Shown here: positions 42,629 through 55,470 of the stretch, one piece after another | Layout: each line of letters begins with the position of its first letter | Position numbering within the stretch: the stretch's first letter is position 1 | NCBI RefSeq assembly: GCF_009914755.1 | Contig: NC_060925.1 | DNA: 64,000 nucleotides | Strand: one strand, 5' to 3' | From: the human T2T-CHM13v2.0 reference genome, Homo sapiens | The notes under the pieces: generated by a model | What the model saw: only the letters and a program-made list of their open reading frames with translations | Databases searched by the model: none | Told to the model about the DNA's origin: nothing | Position numbers and translations under genes: made by a program

Positions 42629-42771
42629 TCAGAGAAAGAAACTAGGGCCTTGAGGGCCTGAGGGAGGGGTGTCCTGGAAGAGAAGGAGGAGAGGAGGGAG
42701 AGAGGAAGGGAGGTTGGGTTTTGAGCCCCCACTCCCCACCAGATCTTATAATGGGCACTCCACACACTCTG
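42629..42771 (+). repeat. 143 bp direct repeat, copy 1 (identical to 44994-45136)
   Basis: Base-by-base identical: tcagagaaagaaactagggcc...ctccacacactctg. Confidence 0.95.
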
Positions 42772-44993
42772 GTCTCTCCCAGCAAGGACTCAGAGCCCTC
42801 AGGGTTCAAGGAAACATCCAAGAAGTCCTCACCTCCACCTGAGCCTGGTCCACCTGCCAGCAAAGATGGGCCCTCTGGGAAGGCCTTGGTCCTTGACACT
42901 ACTCTACAAACTGCTTTTTGGATTCTCCCACACACCCTCCCCAAAGCCCTCCCCCATCCTGGAGAAAGAGGGCTAGGATACCTCTTGGCTTCTCTCCTCC
43001 ATCCTCCCGGGGCCCCAAACCCAGGGTGGTGAGTAAGGGCCGCATCGCTGCTGCCACTGGGATCTTCTCAATGGGGTTGTCACCTGTGATGGTAACGTCA
43101 TTCCAGAGACTCCTGCATCCGACTCCACATGTCGAGTGGGTTAAATGGGTCTTGAAGCCCCAGGTAACAAAGCTTGTTAGAAAAAACTCTAGGTAGATGT
43201 GGTCTCAGCTGAACACACTTCAGGGTTTTTCCTCTGGTATTCATTATGAGCATGGTAGGGGCGCAGCCTTTGCAAAGTGGAATTTTTCTAGTGTTTTTCA
43301 TTCAGGATAAACAGCTTAGGGAGCGAGAAGCAGTAGCCCCCTGTCATTTCGTGTCTGTTTATTCTTCTGATGGACTCATGCTTCCCTGCTGTGGAGGTCT
43401 TCTCCCGTATTTCCCCATTTAATTGGTTGTATTCTCAGTGGGCTCTGAGCAGCAGCTGTCCTGCCAGAGTCATCTCAGGTTTCTCTAAAAAGGGATTTGA
43501 TTTCGGACAGGAGAGAAATGGGAGAATAGGCAGGGAGGGGCTGGAATTCTGGAGGAGGCCGGATCTGCACCGAGTTCCCCAGGTCATCTCAAGACAGCCT
43601 CCTCCCCAACCCCCACCCTAACCTCAGCAGCTCCTGAGCAAGCAGGCTGGGGTCCCAGGGCCACCTGCCACCGAGAGGAAACCAGAGCCCAGAGCCAGGC
43701 AAATTTGGCCGTGGGGACTCCCATCTCGGTGACTCAGGGACCTCCCCTGAAACAGTCCCCATCTAGCCTGGCCTGAGCCCCTGTGAGCTGTCAAGGGAGG
43801 CTCTGACCGGGGAAGGTGGGGCAGAGGCTTCAACAGGCTGTACAGATCCAGCTCTCAGCTCGGATAGTTCCAGACTTTCCAGTCTGTGGGCTTATGGGTC
43901 TGACAGGTCTGTGCACTGGCTCTCCCTGGACTCAAAGGGCCTCTGCTCCCACCCACTGCCTGTTTAATGTCTGTCGTGCCTCAGGGACCTCAGCTATCTT
44001 GTTCATTGCTAAATAGCCAGGACTAGCCCAGAGCTCCTACTATCTCCAGTGTAGTGCTACTTAAGAAGAAGCCACAACCAGCCCCAAGCTGGAGTCTCTG
44101 GCAGTCTGGTGGGAGCTGTTCGGGACAGGGGCTCTTCTCAGAGAGCTGGGTTTCACTGCCAGATCCAGGCATTGAGTGACACCTTCAGGAAACCAGGTGG
44201 GACTGAGCCAGCAACAGTATGACTCACTATGGGAGGATTGAAGAAGGGACCTCCTGAGGCCTGAGCCACAAACAGACCTTCCAGGCCACAACTGAGCCCA
44301 GAGACAGCTGGTTCACAGCCACCAGGGGCTCACTTGGCCCGGGGAAAGAGGCAGCCAGGGGTCCCAGGGGCCTACCCCTCGAGTACAAGCACACCCTCCT
44401 CCTATACCCAGCAGCGCCCCCCACCATAACACACTCAGCCCCACTCACCCACCCAGCCCAGCAAGCCTGCCAGGAGAGTGGAGGCAACTCCTGGGCTGCG
44501 CTTCCCAGCCTGGAGGACAGGAACGGGGGTGACTGGCAGATTAACTCCTCCACAGCCCTAGGTGCAGAGGCCTAGGTGTGGGAGGAGAGGGGGAGTCTCT
44601 CGGGACCAGGCAGAGGGCACCTATCAATCCGCTACCTACGGCCCCGGGGCCTGGCCAGCCAGACGTCTCTCCAAGTCGCTTCCCCGGCTGTCGCTGGCCA
44701 GACTTGAAAGGAGGGAAGCCCCTCACCCACCCTGGCCCAAGGCGGGACAGGACTTCGGCTCAAGGCCCAGAGAGCAGCCCATGGCCTCAGTGTGGAGAGA
44801 TGCCTTGTGCGGCCAGGGTCTCAGGGGACAGATGAGAACATGCAGCCTCATCACGCTCTGGCCTGTTTTCCACTTCCCTGCCCTGAGCCAAGGTAGATGC
44901 TATAGTAACCGCACAGATGCAGTGACACAGGCAGCTCTCGACACAGCCGAGGGGGCATCTCAGACCCCAGAGCCTGCAGGGCCCCAGGGGGAC

Positions 44994-45136
44994 TCAGAGA
45001 AAGAAACTAGGGCCTTGAGGGCCTGAGGGAGGGGTGTCCTGGAAGAGAAGGAGGAGAGGAGGGAGAGAGGAAGGGAGGTTGGGTTTTGAGCCCCCACTCC
45101 CCACCAGATCTTATAATGGGCACTCCACACACTCTG
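44994..45136 (+). repeat. 143 bp direct repeat, copy 2
   Basis: Identical to 42629-42771; offset 2365 bp. Confidence 0.95.
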
Positions 45137-45694
45137 TCTTATGTAATCCTCACAACAGTCCTAGGAACTTCTGTTAATGTCCCCATTTTTCAGATGAGAA
45201 AACTGAGTGCCTGAGGTGACATGGCATGCCCACGTCTCTAGCTGTTCAGTGGTAAAGCCAGGATTCCCACCCAGGCCTATCCAACTCCAAAGCACATGAC
45301 TTTCCTTGTGCCTCAATCAACAAAGACATGAAATAACCAACCATTACAGGCTCCATCCGGCACAGAGTACAGGGCTCAGGGCCATGGGCATACATTGCAG
45401 GAAGAACTCTGGACTGAAAGTGGAGAAACTGAGGCTTAAAACATGGTGTTGCACTTCCTAGATGCATGGCCTTGGGCATCTCTCAGCCTCAATTTCTTAT
45501 CTGTACAATGGGAGGGATGACCCCATCTGTGGGGTGGTGTGAGGGTTAAAATGAGACCTGTGTGATGGCATACAGTGGGCCAGCAACAAACGTGAGCTGA
45601 GGTAGAATCGAGGCTGTGCTGGGCTCTGAGCTCTCTGCTGTGACCCTTTCCTCACCTGGGGATTTCCTGACTCCTGACTCCTGGCTGTTTTGTG

Positions 45695-46150
45695 CATCCA
45701 GCCATCCATCCTTCCATCCCTCTATCCATCCCTCCATCTATCCCTTCATCCATCCATCCATCTATCCATTTATCCTTCCATCCATCCCTCTATCCATCCC
45801 TTCATTGATCCATCCATCCATCTATCCATCCATCCCTCCATCCACCTATCCATCCGTCCCTCCATCCACATATCCATCCATCCTTCTATCTATCCATCCA
45901 TCCCTCCATCTATCCATCCATTCCTCTATCCATCCCTTCATCCATCCATCCATCCATCCATCCATCCATCTATCCATCCATCCCTTCATCCACATATACA
46001 TCCATCCATCTATCCATCCATCCATCCTCCTATCCATCCATCCCTCCACCACCTATCCATCCATCCCTCCATCCACCTATCCATCCATCCCTCCATGCAC
46101 ATATCTATCCATCCATCCATCCATTCCTTTATTTATCCATGCATCCATCC
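45695..46150. repeat. Imperfect (TCCA)n tetranucleotide tract
   Basis: CCAT/CTAT/CCCT units over ~450 bp. Confidence 0.97.
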
Positions 46151-46770
46151 TCTTGTTGATTTCTTCAGCGCTAACCTAGAACTACTCAGCCCTGGAGGGG
46201 GACACCAGGACCAACAAGACACTGCCGCTGACATCCAAAGGCCCTTTCAGCCTAGTGAGTGCATCAACAGGGGTTCAGGCCTGAACAGAGATCTGAGGAA
46301 CTTGGTGGTCCCTCCATCCGTCACCCACTCTTCTGCCCTTCTGGTGGAGTCCTAGGGGAAACACAGGGAGGGCACCAACCTGAAGAGGAAGTCAGGAAGG
46401 GCTGCAAGAGAGAGTGGCTAAGTTCATCTCCAGCCTCAACAGAGCAGGAAGGGCATTCCAGGCACAGCATGTATAAAGGAACAGAGGTGCAGAAGAACCT
46501 GGCTGATCTGAGGAAGGGCAGGCAGCTCAGCACAGCTGGACCCAGGCGCAGCATGTAGGTAGCAGGCAGGGGGTGGAGACAGCAGGGAGAGGACACAGCC
46601 TGAAAGGAAGCAGGGTCAGGCTGGGAAGCCTTGAGTTCCAGGCCAAAGAGGTTAAACTTGATCCAACAGAAAATTAGGAGCCACAGACAGTTCTTGAGCT
46701 GGGGCATGACAGGATAGAATTCACATATTTGAAAGCACTCTCTGGCAGCAGTGAGCAGGAAGAGTTTCAG
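46150..46770 (-). mobile_element. L2 LINE fragment
   Basis: gaagggcattccaggcacagcatgtataaagg...ggagccacagacagttcttgagctggggcatgacaggatagaattcacatatttgaaagcactctctggcagcagtg. Confidence 0.75.
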
Positions 46771-47559
46771 GGGAAACAGGAGCGAGGGGGCCAGCTGGGA
46801 AGCCGGTGTACCTCCTAGGCCCAGCACTTTAGGGCGGTCTTCTCAGGGCAGGTTTCCTGGCACCCCTCCACTTGCACCTACAGGGACACTCACAGAGTTC
46901 AATAGCTCAGACTCAAGCATCAGGTGGGAGCCTGGCTGGGCGATGGCCTAGGGTCAGTCCAGCTGGAGCTCAGCCCATGACCCAACACAAAAGTGCACAC
47001 TGCACATCCCCCACAATGGCCCAAGGGATTCCTGGAGTCACTCCTGGGCTGCCATCAGCCTCATCACCAGGACACGTGCTCTGCCTCCCACTTGGCCGGT
47101 CCCCAAGGAGATGATTCAGCCTCTCTCCTCCTCCCTAGGTTTCCCTCCCCATCTCCTGTCTCTCTTAGCTGGTGACATGGCTTCCTGGTGCCCAGAGAAA
47201 ATCCAAGCCTCAAAATAAGAACTTACTAGATTTCCTGACAACAAATATCCAAACTCCTGGCACTCACAAGGCCCTCCCCTTCCTCCTCCTGAAGATGGAG
47301 ACTGTCCCCTCCTGCTGTCTGGGATCCCAGCCTGCTCTGACCGGCCCCGCCTACCCACTGCCTGGATCTCTCCAGGGTGGTGGGGACATGTTTAATCTCT
47401 TTACCTGTCTATACTCATCCCTGTCTCTATGCCCCATCTCTTCAGCACTGAATCATATTCAAGTCTGTCATCCCACAACAAACCTGAACCTGATGTCTCC
47501 CCTGAGCTGTCACCCTCTCACTCTCTCACTTTCCCTTCACTGCCCAACTTCCTGAACCA

Positions 47560-48810
47560 GCCATCCTTCCTGGTTGATCTCCACACACACTCTGCCCACC
47601 TCAGTCCCCATGCTGTCCCCAAGATGCTGCCCTTGTAAGGCCACATTTACCTGCTGGAAGGACCAGGCAGTGGGCACCCTCGGCCCATGCTTAGCCCCTG
47701 GGCAACACTCAGCCTGTGCCTGCTTCTCCTCCTCCTCTCTCCTCTTGGTCCCTGGGACCCCGTCCTCATTTTCCTCTTATCCCCCGGCCACTCCTCGGGC
47801 TCCCTTGCTGGTCCCTCTTGCTGTTCCTGAAGTGTAGGGGTCCTGGGGCTCTGTTCCAGGCCCTCTCCCCTGACCCTCCTCTCAACTTCTTCTCCTGGGG
47901 GCTCATCACTCCCTGCAACTTCAGTCATCTACATATTTGCCAATGACCCCAAACCTTCACCTGCAGCTCAGGACCTGCTTCTCCTGCCCCCTGGACACCC
48001 ACGGGGCATGCACTGATGCAGCCACATCTAGCATCTCACCCAACCCCAAACCTGCTTCTCTATATGAGGAAGTGAGGGTCCCCCAGGCAGCCCAAGTCAG
48101 AAACCTGGGAGCCCCCCTCCACTTTCCCATCACTCATCACTGAGGCTAAGACTGAAACCCCCAAATATCTCCAAACTGCCCATTTCTCCCAGCCCCGCAG
48201 TCACTATCCTAGTCAGAGCCCCATGTCCTCCAGCCTGCATTGCAGCCTCTATGTCCTGACTGACTCCTTCCCCTGTCTCAGTCCTATCCTCACCTACATG
48301 GTGGTCAGAGGGACTTTCAGACCCAAATCTGCTCATATGCCTCCCCACTCATACCCTACATGCAACTGTCACACTTAGGATGTCAACTCCCCACTCCACC
48401 CCGACTCTACCCTAATCCAAGCAGCCGTATTATCTTCAGGCCCATCTCACCACCCATTGGCACTTCCCAGATAAGACTAAGCCTCCACTTAGACAGCCCC
48501 CTGACACCCCCTTCACTTGGGGCATCTTAGCCAGTACCGGCAAGACCAGGAAGAGTTCCCTTCACCCATGAAGTCCTCCTGGTCTTGCAGGTTCTGGCTC
48601 AGATGCCCCTTCCCCCAGGTAGGTTTCCCTGATTTTTGCCAGAGGCTCCCACAGCAGCCTGTGCTCCCCTCCACAGCCAGCCTTACACCTCACGATGACA
48701 TGTGCTAAACACCAGTTTCTCTGCTCAGCTAAAGCACCATGCTGGCAAAAACTGGGTCTCTTGTCCAGCTCCATCATAGCAGCATATAGTAGATGTTCAG
48801 CTGCCATTTA
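47560..48810 (+). mobile_element. L2 LINE fragment
   Basis: ctcttgctgttcctgaagtgtagggg...catctacatatttgccaatgaccccaaac...cccaagtcagaaacctgggag...tggctcagatgcccc...catatagtagatgttcag. Confidence 0.7.
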
Positions 48811-49185
48811 GTGGATGCATGGATGGATGGATGGATGGATGGATGGATGGATGGATAAATGGGTGGATGGATGGATGGATAGATGGATGGATGGATGGAT
48901 GGATGGATGGATGGATGGATGGATGGATGATGGATGATGTATAGATGGATGGAAGATAGATAGATGGATAGTGGATGGATGGATAGATGATTAATAAATG
49001 GATGGATGGATGATGAATAGATGGATGGATGAACTGATGGTGGATGATGGATGACGGATGATGGATGGTGGATAGATGGGTGGATGATGAATGATGGATA
49101 GATGGATAGATGATGGATGATGGATGGATGAATTGATGGAAGGATAATGGATGATAAATGGATATGGATGGGTGGGTGGATGAAT
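48811..49185. repeat. Imperfect (TGGA)n tetranucleotide tract
   Basis: GGAT units with GATA/GAT variants over ~370 bp. Confidence 0.97.
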
Positions 49186-50462
49186 GTGACTTACCAAATG
49201 TTCTGTTAATATTTGTTGATTTAAATTCACATTTCAGTGCTACTAAGCTCCCATGTTGTGAGTGGACATGTTGGACAGCTTCAGGGTATCTAAGAACCTC
49301 ATAAGTAATGATGATTAGCATAGGTAAGATGAAATTTTGGCTTAATTTCAGACTACATATCTGACAATCAGAGCGGGGTCAGACCCCCCGAGATTACACC
49401 AAACCTGTCCCCACCGGACCAACAGAAATTTCCCCCATGGAGGACAAAATCTCAGAGGATAAAGCCCTACTACATTCCAGGGACTTGACCTGCCTCTCTT
49501 TGGTGTTCCTCACAGTCACCCCCATGAAGTCAGCCTTGTGGTGTCAACCTACAATCAAGGACATGGTGGCTCCAAGAAGCTGTGTCACCACTGGGTGACA
49601 CACCAAAGCCTGCCTGGCCCGGGGCTATGAAGTTCGAGGAGGAGTTCCCTAGTGGGGATGGCCCTCATGGAGCTCTGTTGAGGATTGGGGTGGCAAGAAC
49701 TTGGCCCCTTCCCCTCTAAAAGCCATCAGTCACCTCACCCAGAATAAAGTCCCTGAATAACAGTGGTGCCAAAGCCGATAATAATCATAATGATAACACC
49801 AACCTCTGCTTCCCTGGCTGGGCTGACCCTGTGCCAAGCTCCTGCCAGCACGCCACCCTCCTCATCTCATCAACCGTCGCCACAACCCTGTGAGCTGTTA
49901 CTGCTCACCCCATATCACAGATGAGGAAACTGAGGCTCACAGAGATGCAGCGACCTGCCCAAGGCCCCTCAGCCCCAGGCAGAGCCAGGCTGGCCCTGGG
50001 TGTCTGACTCTGGGCCTCAGAGGCCTCCTCCACGTCCCTCACACTTGAGCAGCTTCTCTGACACGTTCATGCTTTTTGCTGTCCCCTCCCCCTGCACAAT
50101 GTTGACTCAATCATCCCTTTAATCTGACTTGAAATAGGCCGTTTTCCATTTGTCTCACCCTGAGCAACAAAATCCATGAAATCAAGGCTTCAATGCGCTA
50201 ATTTCTTATGGGTTTTTTCCTGATACTATTAAAATACATACATGACTGGGAAACTATGAAATATCAAATGTTTGTGCACCCACAACCCATGGTCACCTCA
50301 TATCCCAGTGAGTACACCCCACTCCCTGGGTGGCTCTGACTGCTGTTGGAGAGGCAGCAGGACCGGGGAGGAGGCAGCATCCCAAGTGGACGTGGCCTGT
50401 CCTCTCCCAGCCCAGCCCAGCCCAACCCAGGCCAGCCCAGGACAGGGCCGGTTCTTCTCCCT

Positions 50463-51018
50463 CCTGGAAAGGCCCCACCCACGCCTGCTGCTCCCAGGCT
50501 GGGCCTGGGCAAAGGAAACTCTGGCAGCTGGAGGTGGCTCAGCTGACCATAGGCCCTGTGAGGGAAGATCCATTGCTGGGGGGATGGAGGGCATCTCCTC
50601 CTCCTCTCTCCTCTTGGTCCCTGGGACCCCATCCTCATTTTCTTCTTATTCCCCTGGCCACTCCTCGGGCTCCCTTGCTGGTCCCTCTGGCTGTCCCTGA
50701 AGTGTAGGGGTCCTGGGGCTCTGTTCCAGGCCCTCTCCCCTGACCTTCCTCTCAACTCCTCCCCCCGGGGGCTCATCGCTCACTGCAGCTTCAGTCATCT
50801 ACATATTTGCCAATGACCCCAAACCTTCACCTGCAGCTCAGGACCTGCTTCTCCTGCCCCCTGGACACCATGGGGCATCCACCGATGCCTGGAAAGGCCC
50901 CACCCAAGCCTGCTGCTCCCAGGCTGGGCCTGGGCAAAGGAAACTCTGTGGCAGCTGGAGGGGGCTCCGTTGACCATGAGCCCTGTGAGGGAAGGCCCAT
51001 TGCGGGGGGACGGAGGGC
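50463..51018 (+). repeat. A-B-A' complex duplication (A ~130 bp; B ~295 bp copied from 47725-48019)
   Basis: A 50463-50592 matches A' 50888-51018; B 50594-50887 matches 47725-48019 with scattered mismatches. Confidence 0.9.
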
Positions 51019-51655
51019 TGTGATGGACCCAAGGGCCCCTGAGAATGGGATGCACGTTGGGGTGCTCATCACATGCACTCCCCAATACTCCTAACTCCTG
51101 GAAAAAGCCCCAGGCATGGGACAGAATTCTTGCTTTGCACCACTCACAGGAGAGTGGCTGAAAGACACTTGCAGTACTCAGGAGAAGGAATTCTGCCAGG
51201 AACGAAGTCAGGAGACTGCAAGGGAAAATCTGATGCCAAGAAGAGGGGAAAATCCTTCTCGAACTGTGGCGACCTGCCCAAGCAGAAGCTGCACCAGCCG
51301 TGGGAGGAGGAAGATGGCAGGCAGACAGGCCTCCAGGCGGGAGTGGAGGCTGCCGGGCTGGGCAAGGGGTCTGTTCCAGCCTGTTCTGCAGCTGGGACTT
51401 GGCCACACTGCAGCAGGTTCACAGATGAAGCCCGCAGGAGCAAGACCCCAACCCATGAACCAGAGGTGCCCCAAAGAGCACCTGGGGCAACAAAGGGATT
51501 TCCCCATGGAGGAAGGAAGACCCAGGGGCCATGTGGGGTGGACAAGCCTGGGTCCCAGTGCCAAGGCCGACCTGCTGCTGCAGGTTCCTCTGTCTTCTTA
51601 GCCTTGCTTTCCCCCACTGTGAACCTGGGGTAGTCCTGAAACCAGACCAATTGTC

Positions 51656-52131
51656 TGTTAGAACTGACGTTTTTGGTTTCTTTTGAATAGACATAGAATT
51701 GACCCTCCCAGTCTTAAAACTTGAGAATGTTACAATTGTCTTATCTAAGTTCCATTCTCAGCAAACCAACCATCAGAGCCCCAGATAGTATCAAGGAGCT
51801 GAAATGCATGGATCACTGCATCAGGACAATGAGATGCCAGACTCCTCACCCATCATGATGGCCTCACTGACCACCTGCTTCCTGTTGACCAGTTTTTCTT
51901 CCTTACGCCTCCCTAATTCTTATTCTCCTGGATGTAGGTACATTTCTTCCCTGCTATTGAAACCCCCGATTTTAGTTGGTCGGAGACAGATTTGAGACTA
52001 ATCTCCCATCTCCCATCTCCTTGGCTACAGAACCCAATTAAAGCCTTCTTCCCCAACAGTACTTGTTGTCTCAGTGATTGACTTTCTGTGCAGTGAGCGG
52101 CAGGACCTAGCCTGCAGGTGTTTCAGTTACA
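51656..52131 (+). mobile_element. ERV1 solo LTR (MER39-like)
   Basis: tgtta...ttaca termini; gacaatgagatgccagactcctcacccatcatgat; aattaaagccttcttcc; cttgttgtctcagtgattgactttctgtgcagtgagc. Confidence 0.75.
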
Positions 52132-52299
52132 GTCTTACCTCCCAAAAGAAGTGTGAGGAATAAAGGAAGTTAGCCTTTTCTTGGAACAATGCTTGGCTCA
52201 TCATAAGCACCAATATATGTTGGCTGTTTATAAATTTATATTTACTAATTACTAGTTAGGAAATATAATACATGCCACAAGTACACTATTATAAAATAA

Positions 52300-52434
<135 letters not shown>

Positions 52435-55234
52435 TAATATACAAGTATTATACATAAGTATATATACTTGAGTAGTATCTACTGTGTAGATACTACACTG
52501 TAAGTCACCACTTATAAATTATTTACTATTACTACCACGGAAGGGCTGTGGGAAGCAAGGAGAGCAAGTTCATGCTTTCCCTCATTCACTCACTATGTAT
52601 CTTTATCAAGCCTCCAGGGAGCAAAGCTGCCTCAATCTGAGGAGAGGCTGAGTGCGACTCAGCGAACACTGGCTGGCAGAGTTCCCACAGCGGGTGCTGG
52701 AGTGTCAGCTCAGTCCACGTGGACAAAACGCCTTCTGAGTGCCTGACACAGCCAGCGGTGTCATCAGTGGAACAGAGCTCAGAGAGGGTCAGGGACTTCC
52801 CGAGGTCACTCAGGGCCTGAGTTTGGAGCCACATGTCACACCCCGGTCTGGGCACAGTTCCCTGGAGACTCCTTAAATCAGGGTGCCTGGGACTCTGCAT
52901 TTGAAAGCCTCCTCAGGACAGCAGTCTGCACTGGGGAAACACAGAGAGAACTCCAGTTTCCGAGAAGAATCGGTGAGGGGAACTTCAACCTCCCCAGAGT
53001 CTCTGAAAATCAGGCACCCAGCATGGAGCTAGGAGCTCGGCCCAGCCCCATGGATGGCCTGGCTTGCTGGCCACACAGTGATAATCAGGCCCCATGCCCT
53101 GTGCTGAATAAGCCCCTCTGCTCCCTTAGTGCCCCCACCCCACCCCAGCTGCTCTCCCATCCCTGGTCTGGGCGCTGGCACATGCCCCCCACCACCCACC
53201 TTCACATCACTCTCTAGACACTCCCTGGACCATCCCCCTGACTCCGCCTTACAGCAGACTCTCCATCACCCTTATGGGACAGGGCAGGTGCTTGCACCTC
53301 ACGTGGAAGGGGAAGGACAGAGAGAAGCCACGTGAGATACCGCACACCCTGGAGGGGCAAAGGGAAGGGAGACGCTTTGACCTGGTGTAGGTTTTCCATG
53401 AGGGAGGAAAGACAGCTCGGAATTTGGAGGAGAGGCTGCCTCCTCCTTGAAGCCCTGGTGTGAACTTGTGATCTGAGCCTCCAGCCTGGGCCCAGACCCT
53501 TCGCTGCTGTCGCCACAAGGGTGCACCTTCGTCTCAACAGCTAGGGCGCCCGGCCCATGCTCTGTGCTTTGCACACATCCCCTCAGTTCACAGTCTCCCC
53601 CAGTGAAAGGGGAATCATTCTCCCCATCTCCCAGGGGAGCAAACTGAGCCCCAGAGCTGTAGTCACATGACCACGGCCATAGGGCACACCAGGGACAGAG
53701 CCTATTCACGCCAGGGCTTTGGATGGCAGAGTCCGTGGTCCCTCCAAGGTGCCTGTGTTGGGCTCCCTTCGACACCTCTGTTTGGTGTCTCTAGTATCCC
53801 CCTCCCCCACCAGGCTGCAGCTATTTTTGGCTTGAAGGCACTTATATTCTGATTTGGGGACAAAGGACAATTTGTCCATAGGAACGAGGGAGGGTAGGGC
53901 ACAGGAAGATACCTCCTTGGGGTGCTCCTTCCTGGCCCCCACTGCACCCCAACGCTCAGATCTGAGCTGCCACCCCCTGCTCCAGCAAATCCTCTGGACA
54001 TGCCCCTCCAGGGCATCTCAGAGTGAGGCATGGGATAGCAAGGCCAGCTGCAGTTGGGGAGGATACAACCGTTCCCATGAGAGAAGTCACCACCCACTCA
54101 GGAGCCTTTGGGAAGGAGGTTGGGAAGGAGGGGATTAAAGAGATTAGATTAAGTGCGACAGGTGCCACAGTGACAGGGACCAGCCCAGCTCACAGCCGTG
54201 AAGCCCGAGCCCCATCCCCCAGCAAGGCCTGCTCACCCCATTCCTGGGCCAATGGTGCCATCCTGTGGCCAGCTTCCTCCCTAGCAGCCTCAAAGCCAGC
54301 CATTCCGGCCCCATTCAAACCACATAATTCCACCGTGGTCATCATTTCACTACGTGTATCAAAACATCCCGCTGTACACCTTCACTATAGACAAGACAAA
54401 ATAAAGACAGAATAAATAAATTTTTAAAAAAATTTCAATCCATAATTCCAAGGTCCAAGGCAGTCCCTGAGATGATTTTGCCCCGCGTCAGCAGTCCATT
54501 TCACAGATGGGCAAACAGGCTCAGAAAGCATCAGCCGAGGCACAGTAAAGGGTGAACAGGGACAGCAGGAACTTCAGAGTCCAACAGGCTCAGCTTCAAA
54601 TTGCAGCTCCACTACGCCATGACTCAGATGAGTCTCTTCCCGTCTCCAAGCCTGTGTGTCATCTGTAAAATGGGGCTGATAACCATACTGGCTTCACCTC
54701 GTGCTTGTGAACTGTTAAGTAGCATGCAGGTCTTTGCCATCATGATTGTGTAGGAATGTCCACCTGTCTGACTCCAGGCCCCACCTGGCACCGTGCACAA
54801 GTTCAGAATCAAGTCTGAAACCACAGGCCTGGACCATGTTCACACTGCGCTCCTCCAGGGCAAAGGCCAGGGCACCCCCCACCCCCACCCCCTGCCAAAT
54901 ACAGCTTCCCGGTATGTTCCTCAGCACTTCTGTGTCTGCGATGCTCCCACACTTCCTTTGCCCCTTCCTTCATAGTCAGGCTCCTGTGAGAAAGTAGGGC
55001 CATGATTGCAGAAACAGACAGTCTGCTCATTGCTGGGGCCCTGGGGCCTGAGCCAGTGCCTGACACAGAGCAGGTGCTCAGTAAATCACTGTTGGGTGAG
55101 TAAATCAATGAATGATTTACTTTTGGTCCCCCCTCTCACATGCAATTACGCCATTATTCCTTTTTAACATCATATTCACTTGTCAATGCATGGCTGTACT
55201 AGGTCAGCTCAGTTAGCACTGTGGCTGACAGCAC

Positions 55235-55470
55235 CTGACTCAGGAGTCTGTGAGATCCATTTAGTCCCAGCTCCATCGCTCACTAGATGGGGCACACTGA
55301 CATGCTACTGAAACCCTCCATGCTTCAGTTTCCTCATCTGTAAAATGGAATGATAAATAGTAAATCCTTCATAGGATCACAGTGAGAAGTCATCAAATCA
55401 AGGTCTAGTCTATGAAAAGTGCCCAGAGTGGTGCCGGGCACATAGTAGGTGCTCAATAAACACTGGCCCT
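55235..55470 (+). mobile_element. MIR SINE
   Basis: cttcagtttcctcatctgtaaaatggaatgataa...gtgccgggcacatagtaggtgctcaataaa. Confidence 0.8.

Noticed and set aside
45616-46355. HPSI-repeat ORFs (also 48797-49321)
   Set aside because: Translations of (TCCA)n/(TGGA)n microsatellites.
48801-48814. CTCF-like CCACTAAATGGCAG on the minus strand
   Set aside because: Mismatch at a near-invariant core G, and it sits at an L2/microsatellite junction; likely chance.
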